Source: Mayamaea pseudoterrestris (lineage: Eukaryota). From it: a stretch of DNA of 64,000 bases. The DNA lies in NCBI GenBank assembly GCA_027923505.1, contig BROI01000009.1, positions 248,001 through 312,000 on the forward strand. Direction: 5' to 3'. Made by a program: the position numbers and the translations under genes. Below the pieces are notes generated by a model. That model saw only the letters and a program-made list of their open reading frames with translations. It did not search any database and was not told the origin of the DNA. Shown one piece after another: positions 61,133 to 64,000 of this stretch (positions are counted from its first letter, which is position 1; every line of letters begins with the position of its first letter).

Positions 61133-61869
61133 CTACACGCGGCGTGACGAGATGATATTTGCAATATCGGCTATGTAAGACGCGCTTTCTTCATTCAAAT
61201 CGGCCAGTGTGTGACTTTCTGGATCCTTTGGAGCGTCTGGCAGCAGGCACAACGCCCACTGCAGCCAATGCGAGTCCATACCACCGCCGCCACCACCACC
61301 ACGCCGCCACCACCTGCAATGCGCTCGTCCATCCAATTGCGGATAAGCAAGACGACAAGCGATAATACACCATTATAAATAGCCACCTCTGTTCAAAGGT
61401 GCTTATCGCAGCCGACTGATTGGAAGAGGGCACACAATCGGCAATGATTGTGAAGTGTGTAGGCTGTCGGTATTGAAATGGCACAGGCAAGAGCCACGAG
61501 AACGCGCCACACCAGCAGGTCCTGGAAAGACGTAGATACTGATTCGCTATAAGTGGCAAGGCTCCATCCAAGAGCAGCAGCAACAGTTAAAGTCTGTTGA
61601 TTCCATTGATCAGATGCAACGCCAAAGCCCACCGACGCCAGAGCAAAGAGAGAGGCGGTAAACACGGTCGATGCCAAGCATATTCTGAAGGATCTATATA
61701 CACTGCGACGTTCATCGCGGTATGAGCAGTTGCTGAGTTTCGAAAGTAAACATTGTTCTTAAATGAAACTCTCGACATCTCGACCATTGTGATAGACATG
61801 TGATAGGTGAGCCGGAGTGGGACAACAAGCCTCGTCGCCCATGAACTGGCGCTTCGTCGGTCGCGTCAT
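61133..61869 (-). pseudogene. Possible disrupted membrane-protein gene
   Basis: One minus-strand frame runs MTRPTKRQFMGDE...SFI*EQC...LASTVFTASLFALASVGFG...DKHL*TEVAIYNGVLSLVVLLI... with several hydrophobic helices and two in-frame stops. It may frameshift at the GGT/GGC run near 61300. Confidence 0.3.
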
Positions 61870-62187
61870 CCGCCTCTTTTGTAGTTGAGCATTTCCATTT
61901 TTGATAAGTCGCTATTTGAAGCAAGTGATGATGTTGCCGATATCGTTGCGTGAAAGGATTCGGACTGGCATATTTGACAAAGCATCGATATAAATCGAAG
62001 CAATGAAGGGTACTACTGGTAGATATAAATATATACCTGTATGTCTGTTTCATCTACGGTAGCTCTTGTCCCAAGAATACTTCCCTTCGCTATGTATGAT
62101 ATGTATGTACGCTACGAAACTGATCAAATACTGTAATGAAAGGCAGCGCATGCAATCGAGCCACTGGGCCAATAAATTTGATATCTT

Positions 62188-62422
62188 TCAAAGTTTTTGA
62201 CAGCACTCTTTGTGCCACAGTCGACGTCCGTTGAGTATCAAAGTTTTTGGCACTACTGTTTGAGCCACAGTCGGCGTGCGTTGAAAATCAAAGTTTTTGG
62301 CCCTACTGTTGGAGCGACAGTCGACGTACGTTGAGAATCAAAGTTTTTGGCACTACTGTTTGGGTCACAGTCGACGTACGTTGAAAATCAAAGGTTTTGG
62401 CACTACTGTTTGAGCCACAGTC
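62188..62422. repeat. 50-bp tandem repeat (minisatellite), about 4.7 copies
   Basis: Units start at 62188, 62238, 62288, 62338 and 62388; consensus tcaaagtttttggcactactgtttgagccacagtcgacgtacgttgaRaa. Confidence 0.95.
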
Positions 62423-62616
62423 AAACTCGACTACGTGATATCCATGACCAAGGAAATGAATAATCTCGCGGACACCATCCGTTTCCCATCCACTGTCAGT
62501 GTCTTTTCGACGGAGCTGCACTCCTTCGTTCATTCATGTTATCTACCCTACTTATTTTGCTCTGCTCTTTCATTACATCGCAAATCGTTTCCAGCTCAGT
62601 GAACAACACTTGTCAA

Positions 62617-64000
62617 ATGCAGACTAATGCTGAGCTTTTCCTTGACGCCGCCAAGGGCTTCCCAGATGACGGGCTCCAAAATCATCGCAAGTACGACCAT
62701 CCGCTCGTCGAGCGCTACGCTACCAAGGAAATGTCTTTGATCTGGTCGCCGGCAATGAAGTTTACGACGTGGCGAAAGCTTTGGACTGCTCTGGCCACCG
62801 CTGAGCAGGAACTTGGGGTTGATATCAGTGACGAGCAGTTGGAAGTCATGCGAAGCAAGATTTATCACATAGACTGGGAGCTGGCCGAAAAGAAGGAGGC
62901 AGAGTTTCGTCACGATGTCATGGGACATGTCCACGAGTTTGGAACTACCGACGGCAAGGATAATGTCGCCATGCCGGTCATACATTTGGGTGCAACTTCG
63001 TGCTACGTTGGCGACAATACCGACATTATTCAGCTACGCATGGCACTGGAATTAGTTCAGAGGAAAATTGTCAAGGTCATTTACACGCTTAAACAATTCG
63101 CCGTCAAGTTTAAGGACATGCCGACGCTGGGATTTACGCACTTTCAGCCGGCGCAGTTGACTACAGTTGGTAAGCGAGCGACGCTTTGGATGCAGGACCT
63201 ATTGATGGACTTGGAGCGGGTCACGCAGGAAATTGAAACGCTTCCCATGCGTGGCGTCAAGGGAACGACTGGAACGCAGGCATCATTCCTCGACCTGTTT
63301 GATGGTGATCATGAAAAAGTCAAGCTGTTGAATAAGCGAGTCTGCGCGCTCATGGGCTTTGACCGAGCGATTGCTGTCTCGGGTCAAACCTATACTCGCA
63401 AGATCGACTTTTATATTTTGAGCGTTCTCAGTGGTATTGCACAAAGTGCGTACAAGATGTGCGCCGATATTCGATTGCTAGCGAACCTCAAGGAAGTCGA
63501 GGAACCATTTGCCAAAACGCAGATTGGCAGTAGCGCCATGGCCTACAAGCGCAACCCCATGCGATCGGAGCGTGTGTGCTCATTGGCGCGCTACGTTATG
63601 GGCTTGCCCGATGGTGCAGGACACACACATGCGAACCAGTGGTTTGAACGTACACTGGACGACTCGGCGATTCGACGCATCATTTTGCCCGAAGGTTTTT
63701 TAGCGGTGGACGTCATCTTGGGACTCTTGGAGAACATTAGTGATGGCCTGCATGTGTGGCCAGAAGTCGTTCGTTCGCACGTCATGGCGGAGCTTCCGTT
63801 TATGGCGACAGAAAACATTTTGATGGAGTGTGTTAAGGCGGGAGGCGATCGCCAAGAGCTGCATGAACTTATCCGACAACATTCCATGGAAGCTGGTGCG
63901 GTCGTCAAGGGCCAAGGCAAGCCTAATGATTTGCTGGATCGCATTAACAGAGACCCGGCATTCAAGGCTATTCATGATAGACTTGAAACAATGGTGGATC
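62617..64000 (+). CDS. purB: Adenylosuccinate lyase (3'-truncated by window edge)
   Basis: Open frame from ATG 62617 to the window end, absent from the ORF track. KYDHPLVERYATKEMS, RHDVMGHVH, IHLGATSCYVGDN, GFTHFQPAQ, GVKGTTGTQASF and GSSAMAYKRNPMRSE. Confidence 0.95.
   Translation, partial: MQTNAELFLDAAKGFPDDGLQNHRKYDHPLVERYATKEMSLIWSPAMKFTTWRKLWTALATAEQELGVDISDEQLEVMRSKIYHIDWELAEKKEAEFRHDVMGHVHEFGTTDGKDNVAMPVIHLGATSCYVGDNTDIIQLRMALELVQRKIVKVIYTLKQFAVKFKDMPTLGFTHFQPAQLTTVGKRATLWMQDLLMDLERVTQEIETLPMRGVKGTTGTQASFLDLFDGDHEKVKLLNKRVCALMGFDRAIAVSGQTYTRKIDFYILSVLSGIAQSAYKMCADIRLLANLKEVEEPFAKTQIGSSAMAYKRNPMRSERVCSLARYVMGLPDGAGHTHANQWFERTLDDSAIRRIILPEGFLAVDVILGLLENISDGLHVWPEVVRSHVMAELPFMATENILMECVKAGGDRQELHELIRQHSMEAGAVVKGQGKPNDLLDRINRDPAFKAIHDRLETMVD

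Noticed and set aside
62188..62422. CRISPR-like appearance of the 50-bp array
   Set aside because: Units are similar over their full length with no unique spacers, there are no cas genes, and the context is eukaryotic.

Overview
Compact eukaryotic nuclear DNA, almost certainly from a diatom. Evidence: short GT-AG introns (mostly 65-120 nt), signal peptides followed by ASAFAP-like plastid-import motifs, and a silicanin-like gene. The window holds about 31 protein-coding genes, mostly housekeeping (AP-4 sigma, plastid Cpn60, RPN12, TyrA, CCT5, PreP, ALS, Ssu72, Sec31, ISWI, Nup85, RPL4, adenylosuccinate lyase). There are also two local tandem repeats and one possible pseudogene. I found no RNA genes, CRISPR arrays or intact transposons. 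The most notable signals are (1) a CDK-like kinase with an apparent cyclin-box-like C-terminal domain in the same polypeptide, (2) a palindromic TACCGGTA motif recurring upstream of gene 5' ends, (3) an ISWI remodeller flanked by two HMG boxes and carrying a 12-nt micro-exon, (4) an acidic silicanin-family membrane protein, (5) a soluble-adenylyl-cyclase-like STAND protein, and (6) a WW domain inside Sec31. Gene models were built by eye from splice signals and frame continuity. Family calls come from remembered motifs; no database search was run.
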